Positions 1 to 14,070 of a DNA stretch of 64,000 nt are shown piece by piece (within the stretch, counting starts at the first letter, position 1; each line of letters opens with the position of its first letter). The stretch spans positions 2,793,136 through 2,857,135 of the forward strand of contig BCIN01000001.1 in the NCBI GenBank assembly GCA_039545335.1, read 5' to 3'. The notes under the pieces were generated by a model. That model made no database searches. It was not told where the DNA came from and saw only the letters and a list, made by a program, of their open reading frames with translations. This DNA comes from Kondoa subrosea. Lineage: Eukaryota. The position numbers and the translations under genes are program-made.

Positions 1-3000
1 TCGTCGTCGAGCGAGACTCGGTTATCCTTGACTTCGTCAATAATAGGTGAAGTTGGAGCAGAAGAAAGGCCATATCTTCTGTTCCCTCGAGGTGATGGCG
101 ACCTTCTTTCTGGCTCGTGCAGCGATTGTTCCGGTTGTTCAGACTGATTACTTGGCGATAAGTACATATCATGCTGATTGGCCATTGTAGACGATTGGCT
201 GGACGAAAGATTATTGCTAGGCAAAGGTGGACGAGGGAAGTTCTGAAGAGTTGTGGAAGATAAAGGTGAAGGTAGAGACTCAGATGATGCGCGAGGCTCT
301 TCTGAATTTTGGGACATTGTCCGCGATCGAGCTGCAAGTATTACAAGTCAATACATGGCCAGCTCGTGCAAGGAAGACTTACGATCAGCTTGCGGCACTG
401 CTTCTGAAGAGTTTTGTCTGTTCCAAAACTTAAACTTGCTGAAGCCGGGCGATTTCTGACCATTATCGTCATCGCTTTTGATGCTGGCTGACGAGGATGC
501 TACAGGTATTTGAGGCACCTCCTTCTTACTCTGTATGCGATCTTGCCAGGGTTTAATCCTAAGTGAACCAAATCCCAAGCTCGCTATTGGAGACTTCTGC
601 TTCTCTTCTTTGGGAGTTGGAGTATCTAAAGGTGGAGAAGCAGCTGACGGGTCGGTATTGAGATAAGCTAGAGCTGTATTTTCCACGGGTGAAAAGTCGC
701 TCGGCGGAGGAACTTGTGGCAAAGTAGGTGTAGATTGAAGAGGCTCTAAAGTATTGGAGATGGAGCGATTTGAGTGTAGAGAGGAGGTCCTTGGTGGAGA
801 TACGGACATAGAAGCCATGGTAGAGGAAGTCTGCATTTCGGGTGTTGCTGTTTCTTCGGATTCGGGTTTTGCTTGCGCAATTGGCGCTTGACTACCTTCA
901 AGTGAAGTACGCGCAGGGTTTTCTTGTTGAGCAGCTGCTTGATCTCCAGCGCCAATTGGCGATTCCGTAGGTGATTCGTTGTATCCGGGGATGTCCGCAA
1001 CAAGAGCAAGACCTGATGAATCTGCCGCTAGCGCTTTGGCAGACGGCCGTCTGTCAAAGAGCCCACGTAAAGGTCTTGTGCCAGTTGTAGGCGTGCCAAA
1101 CGGAGAAGACCGATTTGAGAACGCGCCAGGCGACCTGGGTGAGTGCTTTATTGCTCGCGGCGAGAGTTCCGCTAGGGCTCGTTCGAGATCATCCAGATCG
1201 GTGTCGTTGTTTGTCTCTGTACTCGATCGTTTAGACGCAGTCCCTTCAGGCTGATATCCCGGATGATTATTTTCTAGTCGACCCATAATACTCGACGGCG
1301 CTTCATCCTCATCTTGAGCAGAGGCGAGAGTTACTTTGCTGTAATCGATGGCATCTTCAGCTTCCGGTATCGGTTCTTCGCTCAGATGATAAGCTTGAGC
1401 TTGATCGTTTGTCAAAGTACCATCAGCAATAGAGGATAAAGAATAGGCAGAAGAGGAATTCATCATTGATGCAGTTCGAGAGCTGGAAGAGACAGTCGGC
1501 GATTGTCTCACTATACGAATACCGGCATCACCATCATCACTGGGTGTGGTAACTTCAGGCGGCGAGATGCGAGGCGGCGAGGGATTGTTCAAGGCTGCAA
1601 GGAAATCATGATCGAGCGATCTGGGAGGTTCCATCTTATCTGTTCCAAGATTGATAGGTGACGAGAGTTGAGGTGCTGCTTGCTCTTGCCCACCAAGATG
1701 ACCTCGTTGCAACAATTGCTTGACTTCTTCGATATCATCGGGAGGCGCCATCAGCTCTTCCTCTTGTGAAATAGCTGGTGTTCCTTCTGCACCCATAATA
1801 CCCAATCCCGCAGTATCTGGTTCGGAACCATTCTTCAGCGAAGCCCATGTTGATTGGTCGTTGCCAAACATATCACTGAGCGGGTCTCTGCTCCCATATT
1901 CCGATTGGAAACTTTCGACTTGAGGTATTTGAGCGGTTGATTTCCCACTGTGCGTTGTGTCATCTTCGCTTGTAGAAGGCATCTCGATTTCCTGAGTAGT
2001 TTCTGCTTCCTCTGCAGGATCGTCTTCACTCAGCAAAGCATAACCAGCATCTTCGTTGACTTCTTCCTGTTCATTCATACTATCGCTCATCGGTGAGCCT
2101 GAGCGAGATGTACTGAGAGGCGAAGCGGAAACACTTCGATCAGACTCATGATGCGATTCAGGGGGCAGGACCGCATTCGGGGGCAGAGGAGTAGCGGAAT
2201 GATGCGAAGAAGCAGTTTGCTGTCGAACATGATTTCCGTGATCGATATCTTCTTTAGAAATAGTTCGAGTGCGCAAAGAGGAATCAGCAGATTGATCGTA
2301 AGAATCCATAGACGTCTCTGAAGCTCCTTGTCTTCTGTTGTTGACCAATCCAGGCAAGAAGAGCTCTTGTCTACCTTGAGCGTCCAATGACATACGAGGC
2401 ATATGCTGCTGTTGTGCTGGTATTGATTCACTGGATTGATTAAAGATAAGTGACTCGTCAGCCGGAACTGATCGAAAGCCTCTTGAAGCCGATGGAGGTG
2501 TTCCCAAGCCTGGAGGTTGATTGGCTTGTTCCATCCATGCATCAAACCATCTGCTCCCACCACGCCTTCGGTCAATATCGAATTCGATCTTGCCGACTAT
2601 GACTGAAGAAGCGAAAGAAGGCTCGCTGGAGGGTATTGCCATGCGTTGACTCATTCTTGCGCTATGCATAGAATGAGAAGTACCGGGTCGAGCGGAATAA
2701 CCTTGATCTGTAGAAAAGACGGAAGATCTATGGGAAGAGCGAGCTTGATGTTGCGAATAAGCACGTAGGTTAGGTATGGACTGAGAGAAATAATGAGATT
2801 GAGGTCGTGGGTCATAACGCCGCGAAGCGGCAGAATGTGGTCGTGAGGGACTTGCTGCAATCGGAGGAGAAGCATGACGTTGTCCTTTGCTCTGTTCTTT
2901 GCGGAAATTAGGCGCGTTTTGGCTGAATGACGCAGCAGACGAAGGTTCACGGTAAGAATAGACAGAATCGTTGCCTTCTCGGGAAGATGAATCATCTGAA

Positions 3001-4014
3001 TGTGTGGTCGACATAGGCGGAGCATCTCTATCCACTTCATTCGGTCTTTCTCGGCGTTGACTCTGATGATTAGAAGGTATTGGAGGAACTGGAGGAACCG
3101 AGTCGTCCTGAAACTCATCGTTTTCCATCGCTTCTTGTTCCAAAAGTAGAGTATGGTCCATGGCTGCTTCGAGTGCTTCAGCCTCAAACAGTCTTGCCCA
3201 AAGCAAAGCCCAAGCTTCATCAGAAATTCTAGGTCCGCCAACGAAAGCTTCACTCATGCCGTTTGTAATCATCGCACTTGATGTTTCCAGTAGATATATT
3301 ACGATACCTCCCGTCGATGGCAGACCATATTCGCGAGCAATGGCAGCCACTTGGCCAGCGAGAGTTGGATAGAGAGGTATCAAGACACCACGCCTGAATT
3401 TTACTTGGTCACCCAAAGTTCTTACAGGCTCAATTCTCAAGCTCACCTGAAGTTCTGAGGTGGGCCGTATCCCGAAGCAAATGGACTTGTCCTAGGATGA
3501 GGTGGATCGTGAGGAAGAAAGGGTGGAGGTAAGATAGTGATGAGATGTCGAGAAGCTATCAAACATCAAGATCAGCCAGAGTCAATGCGACAGCAATGTC
3601 GAGCGCACGAAAGCTTTGGCTCGGACTTGGTATCATTGCCTGAGAAGCTGAATATAATGAGGCCGGACTTGATTGAGGCAATTGACTTGTAGAGGGAGAT
3701 GCATTTTGCATATAGCCACTAAGAGATCGATTGCCCATGCTACTAGCAGCATGCAAGGGCGAGGAAGACTGGCCAAGAGTTGATTTGGCAGGTCTACTTG
3801 GAGATGCCTCATTGTTAAAGAAATCGCTCGAGCCTATCTGGCGATCTGGATGACTGTGGCCTTCACTTTGATTTCCTTGCAGAGCGGCATCTGGAGACCG
3901 AGAGCTGTCGACATCTGAAGCAAAATTGCTGGCTTCCATATTGACATTTCCAGTTGTTCGCGCGTTTTTCTGGCGCTGGGGAGGTGACAACGGAGCTGGT
4001 GGGCCTTTTCTCAT
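1..4014 (-). CDS. Large Ser/Pro-rich, mostly disordered hypothetical protein with a short ordered segment (LIPLYPTLAGQVAAIAREYGLPSTGGIVIYL); 3' end runs off the window
   Basis: ORFs 3559-4014 and 348-3446 join through a short intron. A further GTAAGT donor at about 382 leads into an open frame that continues to position 1. Confidence 0.75.
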
Positions 4015-4605
4015 CGTGAGTGCTTTTCCAGCGTAGACCTAGCGCTCTTGGCTCGCTCCAGAGTGAAAGATTTTTGCTTATTAGTTAGTAATTGGGTTGG
4101 TTGTGAGATTGTTGCTACTCCGTTTCCATCGATACTTGTCTGGATTTCAGTAATCGTGCTTGTTTGTCAACAGTGCTTGATGGGTTGCTACTAGCGAATT
4201 ATCAGGGCGGCTGTTGGACAAGCGGGAGAAATTAATAATTTACCGCCTTTTGTCTCAAACTGTAAAAAGTATGCGCCCCGGGAAACCTCCAAGGCTCCAA
4301 GCTAGTTTTGACGAGCGCCTTCCACTATTAAGATGAGAGCAAAAATCTCCTTTTGAGTCGGAGTCGGAATTTAAAAGTACCTCGGGCAACGCCCATAATC
4401 GTTCGAACTTGTGTCTTACCAGCTTTGAATGCATTCAAACGGTGCTCTGACTCGGCAAAGTCTCGTCGCTATTTGCGTTCCCTTCTGAACCATTTCTGTT
4501 TGCCCTTTCTTCATGATGGTGCAGAAGATGTCTCTCGAGCAGCTGCTCGCATCGATATCTCGTCGACTCGTAATTTAGCCTCTTACTTATCATTCTGCTC
4601 TCACG

Positions 4606-6192
4606 ATGCGTGTTTCCTTCATGTGCCTATCACTCAGCGCAGCTGTAGTCTGCAGCGCCTTCTCCGATGCCGAATTGACAACCGTTTTCGGTGATATAAC
4701 CGGTGTTTCTTCAACTACTCAATCTTTTCCAAAGGCTTATGACCTCGACATTAGTACTGATGGCAAGCAGGTCTTGATTGGGATGAAAGCTAAGGGGACA
4801 GGCATAGGATGGATTGGATTCGGTAGGCTCTGACCTTCTGAGTCGAGAAGATGTATTCTGATATCTTTTGACAGGCGTAGGGTCATCTATGACTACCGCT
4901 GATCTCTATATCGGTTCACCAGATTCAAGTGGGAAGTGGTCGATCGTTCACAGACAAAGTCCAGATTATCAACCTCCTAGTACGTCTGTCGTGGTGATGT
5001 CGAAAGAGCGAGCTGATCACGCGAGATACAGAGAATCTCGGACCATCAACCGATTACAAGATTCTCGATGACATGTCTACAACAAGCCAAATTGTCTTCA
5101 CTCGCTCAGCAAAGGTTCTTGATCAACCTATCGCTCAAGCAGCGTCTCAAGCTATTCTGTACGCTGCAAGCTCAACTAATCCAAACGATGACTCCTCCGC
5201 CGCTCTGGCTTTCCATGATCTGGCTTATATAATCTCTCTCCGCCGTTTCAGTTGTCCGACAACTGATTGACCTTTGCAGTCAGCTGTCACTATCGACCTA
5301 TCCTCGAATTCAGCTGGCGGATCGTCTGATACTGGATCAGGAGACGATAACAAGACTACAAAAGTTCCAGCTTCGAGCGATGTGGCATCGGCTACTACCT
5401 CTCAACCGACGCAGGTTACAGATAGCGGTTCCGATAACGGCTCTGTTATTGATTCCGAGGATAATGGAAGCGAGCAAGAGTCCAATACTTCTTCCTCTTC
5501 TTGTTAGTCCTGCCTTCAATGTTTTCGGCATTTTTCTGATCTTCTTTGTTAGTACCTACACCTACTTCTGTTCCGGGTGACGACTCGACAGACTCAGACA
5601 GCTCTTCGACCGGTTCCATTGATGGTGCAGATGATGGTACTCAATCGTCAAATTCGGGAACTATCGATAATGGTTCGACCTCCAACGGCGAATCTGATAG
5701 CAACGACGGAAGTGAAGGCGATAGCAATACAGGACCACCTGCTGGAAGACCTTCGGGTGCTGGCAGAAGTCCACCTCAAGGCTCAGGTTTCCCGCATCGC
5801 AGACCTGGCTTTGGGAGATTCGGTTCGTTACCTAGTCGGGGGGCAGACATTGTCTGACCTATCCTCGCAGGTGAAGGAAGAGGAGAGCCGCCTAATCAAT
5901 CTGAAGTAGCCAATGCTCAACGGGAACAAGGTCGACCACATGAAGCTGGTTCAGCTAGCTTTGGCAAACCTACTCAAGATGCTTCAGCAAGGGGTCAAGA
6001 CGTCAGAGCACAGGCTCAACAAGTAGCGGCATCCTCTACTATTCAGACTACGTTGGAAATCAGTTCTGGTCGAAAGTTCACTGAGCACGTCTTTGCAAGT
6101 GGTAAGTAATATTTACATTAATATTCATTGACACTAGCTGACGTGAGGGCATAGTTCTTGGATTATTTGTCCTGGCGTTCTTGTGGCAGTAG
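4606..6192 (+). CDS. Secreted heme-type DOMON (CDH cytochrome-like) domain protein with Ser/Gly/Asp-rich stalk and probable GPI signal
   Basis: Signal peptide MRVSFMCLSLSAAVVCSA; DOMON motifs GWIGFG and GSSMTTADL; candidate His ligand in LAFHD; low-complexity stalk; hydrophobic C-terminus LGLFVLAFLWQ* (TAG 6190-6192); multi-exon. Confidence 0.75.
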
Positions 6193-6652
6193 CATTCTGT
6201 CATTATGGATCAGATTGCACATTCGCACTGACGGGTTCAGGGCTGTTTTGCAGAGGGAAAGCTTTAGGCGTACAGTTTGACATGCATAATGACCAAAGGC
6301 TGCAATTCTTCTCTCTCTCGCTCGTCCTTCTCTGCTGACAGCAAGATCACCTTAATTTATTGAACTGACACACTGCCATTCACTTCATTCAGATAATAAT
6401 AAATTGTACGACGTTGCTATGACGATGCTTGACAGTATCGAGCGAAGTCGAAGACGACTGTAATTCATGACGATGTCTTCTTGAGTACGCTATTCTCGCA
6501 GATCCCTTTGTCAAAGTGCACTTCGATGAGCATGGTGCACTGCTCTAGACGTCCCGAATCCTTACTCGCGATGTTTGCTTCCGTTTGCCCAAAAACGCTC
6601 TGCTGTGCTCAACCTGCTCTTGTCCTTGCTCAAATTCATCTCCGATTCCACC

Positions 6653-7660
6653 ATGCGTTTTGCTATCACAACTGCCATTTTTCTATCATTGACCTTGACT
6701 GCCACGACCTCTCCCGTAGCTGATAAGACAGGAAGATTTGCCATAGTCAAAAGAACCGGAGGTCAAGTGAGTGAGTTTGCTCTAGCCTAAAGCTAGCTAA
6801 TCAGCACAAGCAGGGCTCTGATGCAGGTGCTGGATCGGCATTCGGTCAGAATTCTTCAGGTGCCGGTTTGCAAGACACTTCTGGTCAAAGTGAAGGCGAA
6901 CAGAACGGTCAGGGTGCAAAGCCTGCTTTTGGTCAACAGGGCCAAGGAAACGCACAAGCTGCTCAAGCTGGCGGACAGAGACCCGATTCGAGCGAAGAAA
7001 GTAAGCTGAATGTAGTCCATTCTCGTTGATCATTCCTGGTTCTTTGTCCAGCTGGCGAGCAGCAGGCTCAACAAGGCTTAGGTCAAGCGCCAAATGGCCA
7101 GGGGAGAAATCCAAGGCAGGGAAACCCAAGACTCGGTGAGCCCGTCGTTCCTAGATCGAAGCCAAAGAACTGAACCACAAACACAGCTGGCGAAATCGGC
7201 GCGGATGGCAAGCCTTGCGCAAAGGGTGAAGGCAAAGGACAAGAGGGCGGAGGAGCAGTCCACCTACTCCGGGAGACAATGGAACGCCTCCAGACAATGG
7301 CGGAGACTCTGAAGTGACTACACCACCAGCTGTACCTAGACCTACTCCTACTGGCGATGCATCTGGAGATGAAAGCACTATAGCAAAACCGTCCAAGATT
7401 CCAGATAAGACAGAAAAGACCAAGGACGCAGGACAATCTTCTATTCCCGCTGAAAAGCAAGAAGTCCCAGTCATTTCTACTAGCGTAGCTCCTGAACCTA
7501 CTTTCTCTGTCAAGCCTGGCAACGAATCAATGGGATCAGGTGCTGGAAGAGTTGTGATCGGTGCAACATTGAGCTTATTGTCGACTGGTGAGCTCATCTT
7601 GATAAACCGATATCTCCTTTCTGCAATGGAAATTCAGCTCTTGTCTTCGCTTTGGCTTGA
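6653..7660 (+). CDS. Secreted Gly/Gln-rich low-complexity protein, probable GPI-anchored cell-surface protein
   Basis: Signal peptide MRFAITTAIFLSLTLTATTSP; dibasic KR site; spliced G/Q-rich exons; C-terminus GAGRVVIGATLSLLST-ALVFALA* after the last intron. Confidence 0.65.
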
Positions 7661-7902
7661 GCGCAATTGATAGGAATTGATTGGGGTTGCTGCAGAACAG
7701 CTGTATCGCACATAGGAGTTATGTTTTATAGTTGGAAATCGTAGAAGTACATATGATGGGGTATGCAAAGCAAAGCACATATAGTCGGATCAGTCCGAGA
7801 TTCGAGAGAAAGCAGAGAGACACAAAGGAATTGCCTTGCACGCGAGAGTTCATTTAGTGGCTCATTAGCCTGTTTGCATCGTTCCTAGTGATATGTATTC
7901 CC

Positions 7903-9920
7903 TCATTTGCGCGGAAAAGAGAAGGAAAAGGTTGATTGAGGTAAAACGAAAGCGGAGCTGCCGAGGACTGATACTGGTGATGTACGCGGCGCAGCAGCAG
8001 TGCCGGTAGATGCTGAAGCGATGGGGCGGCGAGTACGTGGAGATGATTTGTTGATTAGAGGCGGTTGTATAGGAGGTTTTTGAGGCTGAAGATCCTTGAA
8101 GGTTTCGAGATACGATGGACCTTGGTCATTCTGACGAGCGAAATTGTAGTCGGTGATATCTTCAGCCCAAAGGTAGCGATAGACTGGAACAGCCTCTAAG
8201 ACAGGGCGGTTCTTGATGGAAATGTCTTTGCCTTCAATATCTGTTTCGCAAGTCCATAGTCAGTATCGTTATACAACACAAGATGCACAAGCATACCGAA
8301 GGCGAGCATAGTCCCATCATTTGCCGTCTTGAATCCTCCGATAGTAATTCCCATCTGTTTGCAGAAATTCACTCGTATATCAAGAATTCTCTTCCCCTTT
8401 TTCACATTTGACCATAAAGCACCATAATCCTGAATGATAGCCTGCTCGAGTAATCGATCCACATTCCTTGGTGACAGATAAGTACTCTTCCCTTCTAAAG
8501 GCCCATAATGACTGATCAATTCAGGCAAGTTTGGTAATTGAGTGCTAATTTCCAGAAACTTAAGATTAACCAAGATGTTGGGGATGAGAAGAAGAGGTGT
8601 GGCGCCATTATACTTTCTGAGCACGAATGAGGTAAAGGTGAAGCCGAGAGATAAAGATGTAAGGGATTGATAGTGATCGGGGCATCGGGCAAAAGCTGCC
8701 AACAAATTGTTGATGAGTGATTCTTCCGATACCTTACTGACATTCAGGATCAAAGATCGTAAAGCTGGCAATCTCGACAGTAGAGTTGTGAAGCTGGTTT
8801 CGTTCAAGCAGTTGTGCTCGGCTAAGAGGCTGATGTTGGCCACGCGAAGACTGTGCATACATAATGGGAAGGCTTTGAGAAGTAGTTCATTGAGGCAACA
8901 CTTGCTTTGCAAAAAAAGGGTTTGAAGATCATATGTCGAACGCGAAAGCGCATGATATAGCTCATTGATTTCTTTATGATACTTTGCTTCGTCTAGGCGA
9001 GGTGTCCGACGGATTGAGTAGTCGAGTCCGACAGTCCTGACGGTATGCAAGCGGTTTAATTTGGATAGACTGTAGCCGCAGAAGTTCAACGTGTCAAGGT
9101 AAGGCAGATTTGCGATCCAAGTCTCAAAGCAGATCTGATCTGCCTTAGCAGTGTTTGTTCCGATGGGCTGAAGGCTATTGTAAGTGATGTGCCGCAGAGA
9201 GTCGCGAAAAGGTAAATCTAGCTATATTGGCAGTCGTGTCAAGAGTGACACAATACTTCTTAAGATGTCAACTTACCCAGTCAAGAGTAGTAGGATAAGG
9301 GTCTGTCGCGTCCCACCTCACCGTAACACTCAAAGAACGGAGGTTGTTGAAGCGACTGAGACTTGCTAGTTGAGCAGACAGCTTTGCAGACGCAGCATAA
9401 CCATGTTGGCGCTCCTGGTTTGGCGGCAGCAGGATGTAAGGTAACTGACTGATCCTGAACTCTGCAGTCTTGACCAGTGAGCCAAGAACAGGATTGTCCA
9501 TCATGATTTGCAGAAATCTGAAGTCCAGCAGATCTTCAGCAGTAACAGTAGCGTAAAGATAATCTTGAGCAGTGTAGAGGAAATCTTCTATTGCACTTTG
9601 TCAGTCAGTTTCGCTTACATAATACAGTACCACTGACTTGAAACCCGAGCTATTCGTGCAAACACCCTCTTGGCTTCCTTCATGTCCATGCAGAGCTCGA
9701 CATGATCGCAAATCAGATCCAGAATATCGAGATCAATGGTGCCCCTCTTGCCTTTACGTGGTTTCGCCAATAAAGAATTGATGAGATCAGCTGAATAAGA
9801 GTCAAGGGGTTCTCGAGGCGGAGATACAACGGGCTGGATGACAGCTGGAACTGAGTCTCTGCTCGTCACACTTTCATCGTCGCTTATTGATGCTTCACTG
9901 CTTGACGAATCTTGCGACAT
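7903..9920 (-). CDS. F-box-like / leucine-rich-repeat (RNI-like) protein
   Basis: N-terminal segment LDILDLICDH...ARVSSQW resembles an F-box. Leu-rich repeats follow (LSRLPALRSLILN, LTSLSL, LVNLKFLEI). The final exon ends FSFPRK*. Confidence 0.55.
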
Positions 9921-10786
9921 TTGCTCTGGATACACAGTACAGAAGTTGTAACACTCCTTTGCTCAATGGACCAACACGACTTTGTATAATCACTGTAGAA
10001 TCTGAGGCAAGTCGTTGAGAAAGGTGAAAAGACCTCTCTGCACAAAACCACGAGTAAGCCAACTTCTTTTGAGATTGTCATCTTGCAGCTCTATCGTGTA
10101 CTCTGTTTACCTCTTCACCTCAGTCTTCGTGACATAGAGCGCGCAAGTCGCAAGCCCAATCGGGCGGTCAGACGCATGAATCTAATCAAACGATGGGCCT
10201 CTGCCAGAGCTATCTGATTATTATGCTTGCGCTGTACCTCATATCTTCTTCTTCCATTGCTTCCTCGCTGTGTTTGTTCTCGTGTCTGGACTGGTTGGTA
10301 GAGTCTCAATACCCTTCATATGGGGGATCGCCCTTATTCTGATCTGCTTGCGCGCCATGACGAGAACTCAGGTAATGTCGGAATCATTGACGACTGCGGA
10401 CAAACGGCGATGACCTCTTACATAACCATGTTGCGATGCTCGCTGAGTGTTAGCTCTGATTTGCTTCCTGCTGTGTTGAGCTCAGACGCTGTGGTTCCTA
10501 TGACATGAAGCCTTCGATACAGATCAGTCTGGCTTCATCGTATAATGATATGCCGGCAGGGTAGGGTCAATTGCCAGTGCAGCCGATTGTGAATTGTCCA
10601 TTGCATCATAACTATTGCGCGGACTAGAATTTGTAAATGTATCCTGAAAGTATACTGTCTTTGCAGTCCACGCTACATGTGAGAGACATCAATGACCGCT
10701 CCGCGCGAGAAAACGAGGTTGGGGTCACCTTGTTCCCACACCATCTCTACCTAATCAAGAGAACCCCTGCTACTGCCACTGCAACA

Positions 10787-13052
10787 ATGGACAGCTTGAA
10801 ACCTGGTATCCCGGCTGCTGCGGCCCAAAGATTGAGATCTCCTCGAACAAGAGGTGCTTCTAGCATAGCAAGTCTTTGATTTAGCGCAATTCGAACTCAT
10901 GCCAATATGCCCTCGTTAACAGGATTTCCAGACTGCTACGACTGGTGTAGCATCCAAGGCTATGAAGAATGAGCTAGACAAGCTCGCAAACACGATTCCT
11001 GATCCATCTACCAAAAAGGTAACCTTCTCATAGCTGGCATCAGGCTAGGCGAGCATTGATGTGCAATGTAACAGGCCTTTGAAGCAGAGATGAACTCTTT
11101 CTTCTTGCTCTTTAACCGCTACTTGACGGAGAAGGCCAAGGGAACAAAGCTGTAGGTGGTTGAGCAAATGTTGCGCTATGCGCTGAATTCGCCCGTTCTA
11201 TGTACAGCGAATGGGATCGAATTCGTCCTCCTGCGCCAGAGCAGATTGTTCCGTACAAGACTCTTCCAGATTCTCAAAACCCCGCACCGCTTCTTAACAA
11301 GCTTGCTGTATTGAAGATGAACGGTGGTCTTGGTACAACTATGGGCTGCGTCGGTCCAAAGAGTATCATTGAAGTTCGTGATGGCATGAACTTCTTGGAT
11401 CTTTCCGTGAGACAGATTGAGGTGAGGTTTCCTCTCAGTATTTGCTAGTATCGTGAGCCTGATGATTCACAGCACCTCAACGAATCACACAATGTTGACG
11501 TACCTTTCATCCTCATGAACTCCTTCAACACGGACGAAGATACTCAACGCATCATTCAGAAATACGCTAACCACAATATCGACATTGTCACCTTCAACCA
11601 ATCTCGTCACCCTCGTATCAACCGTGACACTTTACTTCCAATCCCACGTTCAGCAGGTGAAGAGAAAGGTGGATGGTACCCTCCAGGTCACGGAGATCTG
11701 TTTGATGCTGCCATCAACTCAAACTTGATTGACAAACTGCTTGCTGCCGGAAAAGAATACCTCTTTGTTTCCAACACTGATAATTTGGGAGCTGTCGTTG
11801 ATGTCAACATCTTGCAACATATGGTCGACTCGCAATCTGAATTCCTTTTGGAAGTCACTGACAAGACCAAAGCCGATGTCAAGGGTGGTACATTGATTGA
11901 CTATGGTGCGTTTCAGGCGATATGTCAGTACTCTGATCTGATGCCTGTTCAGAGGGCACTATTCGTCTGCTCGAAATCGCTCAAGTCCCAAGTGATCATG
12001 TTGAAGACTTCAAATCTGTTCGAAAGTTCCAGTAAGTTTTCCTTATGTCAGTCTTCGCATATTCAACATGATGACAGGATCTTCAACACAAACTCTCTGT
12101 GGATCAACATTGCAGCAATCAAGCGAGTCATGGAAGGCGATGGCATGGATCTCGAAATCATTGTCAACAACAAGACGACCGATTCTGGTGAACCAGTCAT
12201 TCAACTCGAAACTGCCGTCGGAGCAGCTATCAAACATTTCAAGAACGCTCATGGTGTAAACGTACCTCGATCTAGATTCTTGCCTGTCAAGAGTTGTTCA
12301 GACTTGTTGCTTGTCACTTCGGATTTGTATACTTTGCAACATGGTCGCTTAGTCATGAACGTGGGTGCGACATTGGGCTGCTTTCAGCATTGCGCTGATT
12401 CAAACTCCCTTGGGTCCCACAGCCTTCAAGAATGTTCGCCTCGACACCTGTTATCAAGGTTGATTCTACTGCTTACGTGATAAAATCTGTGTCTCACGAT
12501 TCCTCGCTAGCTTGGAGATCACTTCAAGAAAGTTCAGCAATTCCAGAAGAGGTAGGGCTGAATTGCCCGATGCTTGCTAACAAGCTAATGCCGATTCTCC
12601 TTACAGGTTCAAGTCTATGCCATCTATGTTGGAGCTCGATCGTAGGCTTGTCTGATCGCGCACTGACAGCGCTCACCCCTTCGCCTGCAGACTTGACTGT
12701 TTCGGGTGATGTATCTTTCGGTCGAGGTAAGTTCCCTGTTGCCTGACTATCGAAAGCGTGCTAAATGATACATGTAGGTGTCACGTGAGCTACTCGCTGT
12801 CCCAAGGCATACAGGTTCTGACACTGCCATAGTCTTCGCGGTACTGTTATCATAGGTCAGCTTTACAATCTGGCCAAGCCGAGCAATGACTGAACGTTTT
12901 TGTTCTAGTCGCGGAAGAAGGCAACAAGATTCATCTACCAGACGGTACAATACTAGAGAACAAGCTTGTCAGCGGAAACCTGGTACGTCTCCGTTATTGT
13001 CACGTCTTTCATCACTCACGGTCGTTCCGTGCAGTCTATCATTGAACATTAA
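10787..13052 (+). CDS. UGP1: UTP--glucose-1-phosphate uridylyltransferase (UDP-glucose pyrophosphorylase)
   Basis: Motifs [46 protein letters not shown]. Many exons, including a 7-nt exon at 12778-12784. Confidence 0.97.
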
Positions 13053-13255
13053 ATTACGCGTCTAAATAAAGGGAGTTTCGAGAAAGGGATTGGATAGGGA
13101 GAATGCACTACCAAATACCGTACTATCTACACGCAAAGCGAGTCTTGCATCGCGTGTTTTCACACGTATTTCGTTGAAACAGAGTGACGTCTATGTAATT
13201 TCACAACTATATCTACGTCGAGTGGGCTTGCTTCAAACCAACCATCACATGCAGA

Positions 13256-13837
13256 ATGGATTTCGTTAAACAAGCTGCATCATCTATGGGACAAGGAACG
13301 AATGATCCTGCTCAAGGACAACGTGAGGCCTTGTAAAGCGGGGAATCGTTTCGACGAAGACTGACATCTACTGTTCGCATTAATCAGAGGCTTCTGGAGG
13401 AGGATTCATGGACAAATTGAACAGTGCTGCTGGTGGTGGACAAGCTAGCGAGAAGAATGAAGACATGCTCGACAGTCAGTCATACTTCTGAGTACGCGAA
13501 AAACAGAACAGCATTAATAAAGCTGCTGCAGAGGGTCTTGATGCTTATCAGCAATACTCGGGCGGAGGAGCTCAGAACAACGAAGTCAGTGCATAATAAA
13601 CTTCTCGAATGAGACACTGATGCATGGATTCAGTCTGCTATTGAACAAGGAACGGATGAAGCCACTACGGATGCTATCAGAGGTACGTGTTGAAGATTTG
13701 AAGCCATGGCGTGCTCATTGAGCTCGAATGTAGCCCAGTACAAGAATACTGTTGGTTCAGACTTGTAAGTCACTTCCATATCGTTCTTGGGCTCGTACTC
13801 AAGGCATCGTGTACTCAGCCCAATCGCAGACAAGTAA
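13256..13837 (+). CDS. Small hydrophilic G/Q/N-rich fungal protein (family often annotated 'DNA damage-responsive protein 48-like'), copy 1
   Basis: Spliced product MDFVKQAASSMGQ...AGGGQASEKNEDMLDKGLDAYQQYSGGGAQNNESAIEQGTDEATTDAIRAQYKNTVGSDLPIADK*. Confidence 0.75.
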
Positions 13838-14070
13838 GGAACTGCAGAGCAAGGGAAAAATGAAAATAGGAAATTGTCAATGAATACTATGCCAAGACTT
13901 GTTTACGTAATCAGTTATCCCTCGCGCAAACAGCTTTCCAAGCAATGAGGGCGACAACCGAGTGAATCTAGCATGAGGGATATGATATGAAGCTCTTGGT
14001 ACTCGCTCGCCCTTGCGAGTCGACGCCTGCAAATTGCGGTCCATGCATTTTCTTCTCTCAAACCAGCACA

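Noticed and set aside
10115..10508. Short ORFs between the F-box-like gene and UGP1
   Set aside because: They could not be spliced into a coherent product and may be promoter or UTR sequence.
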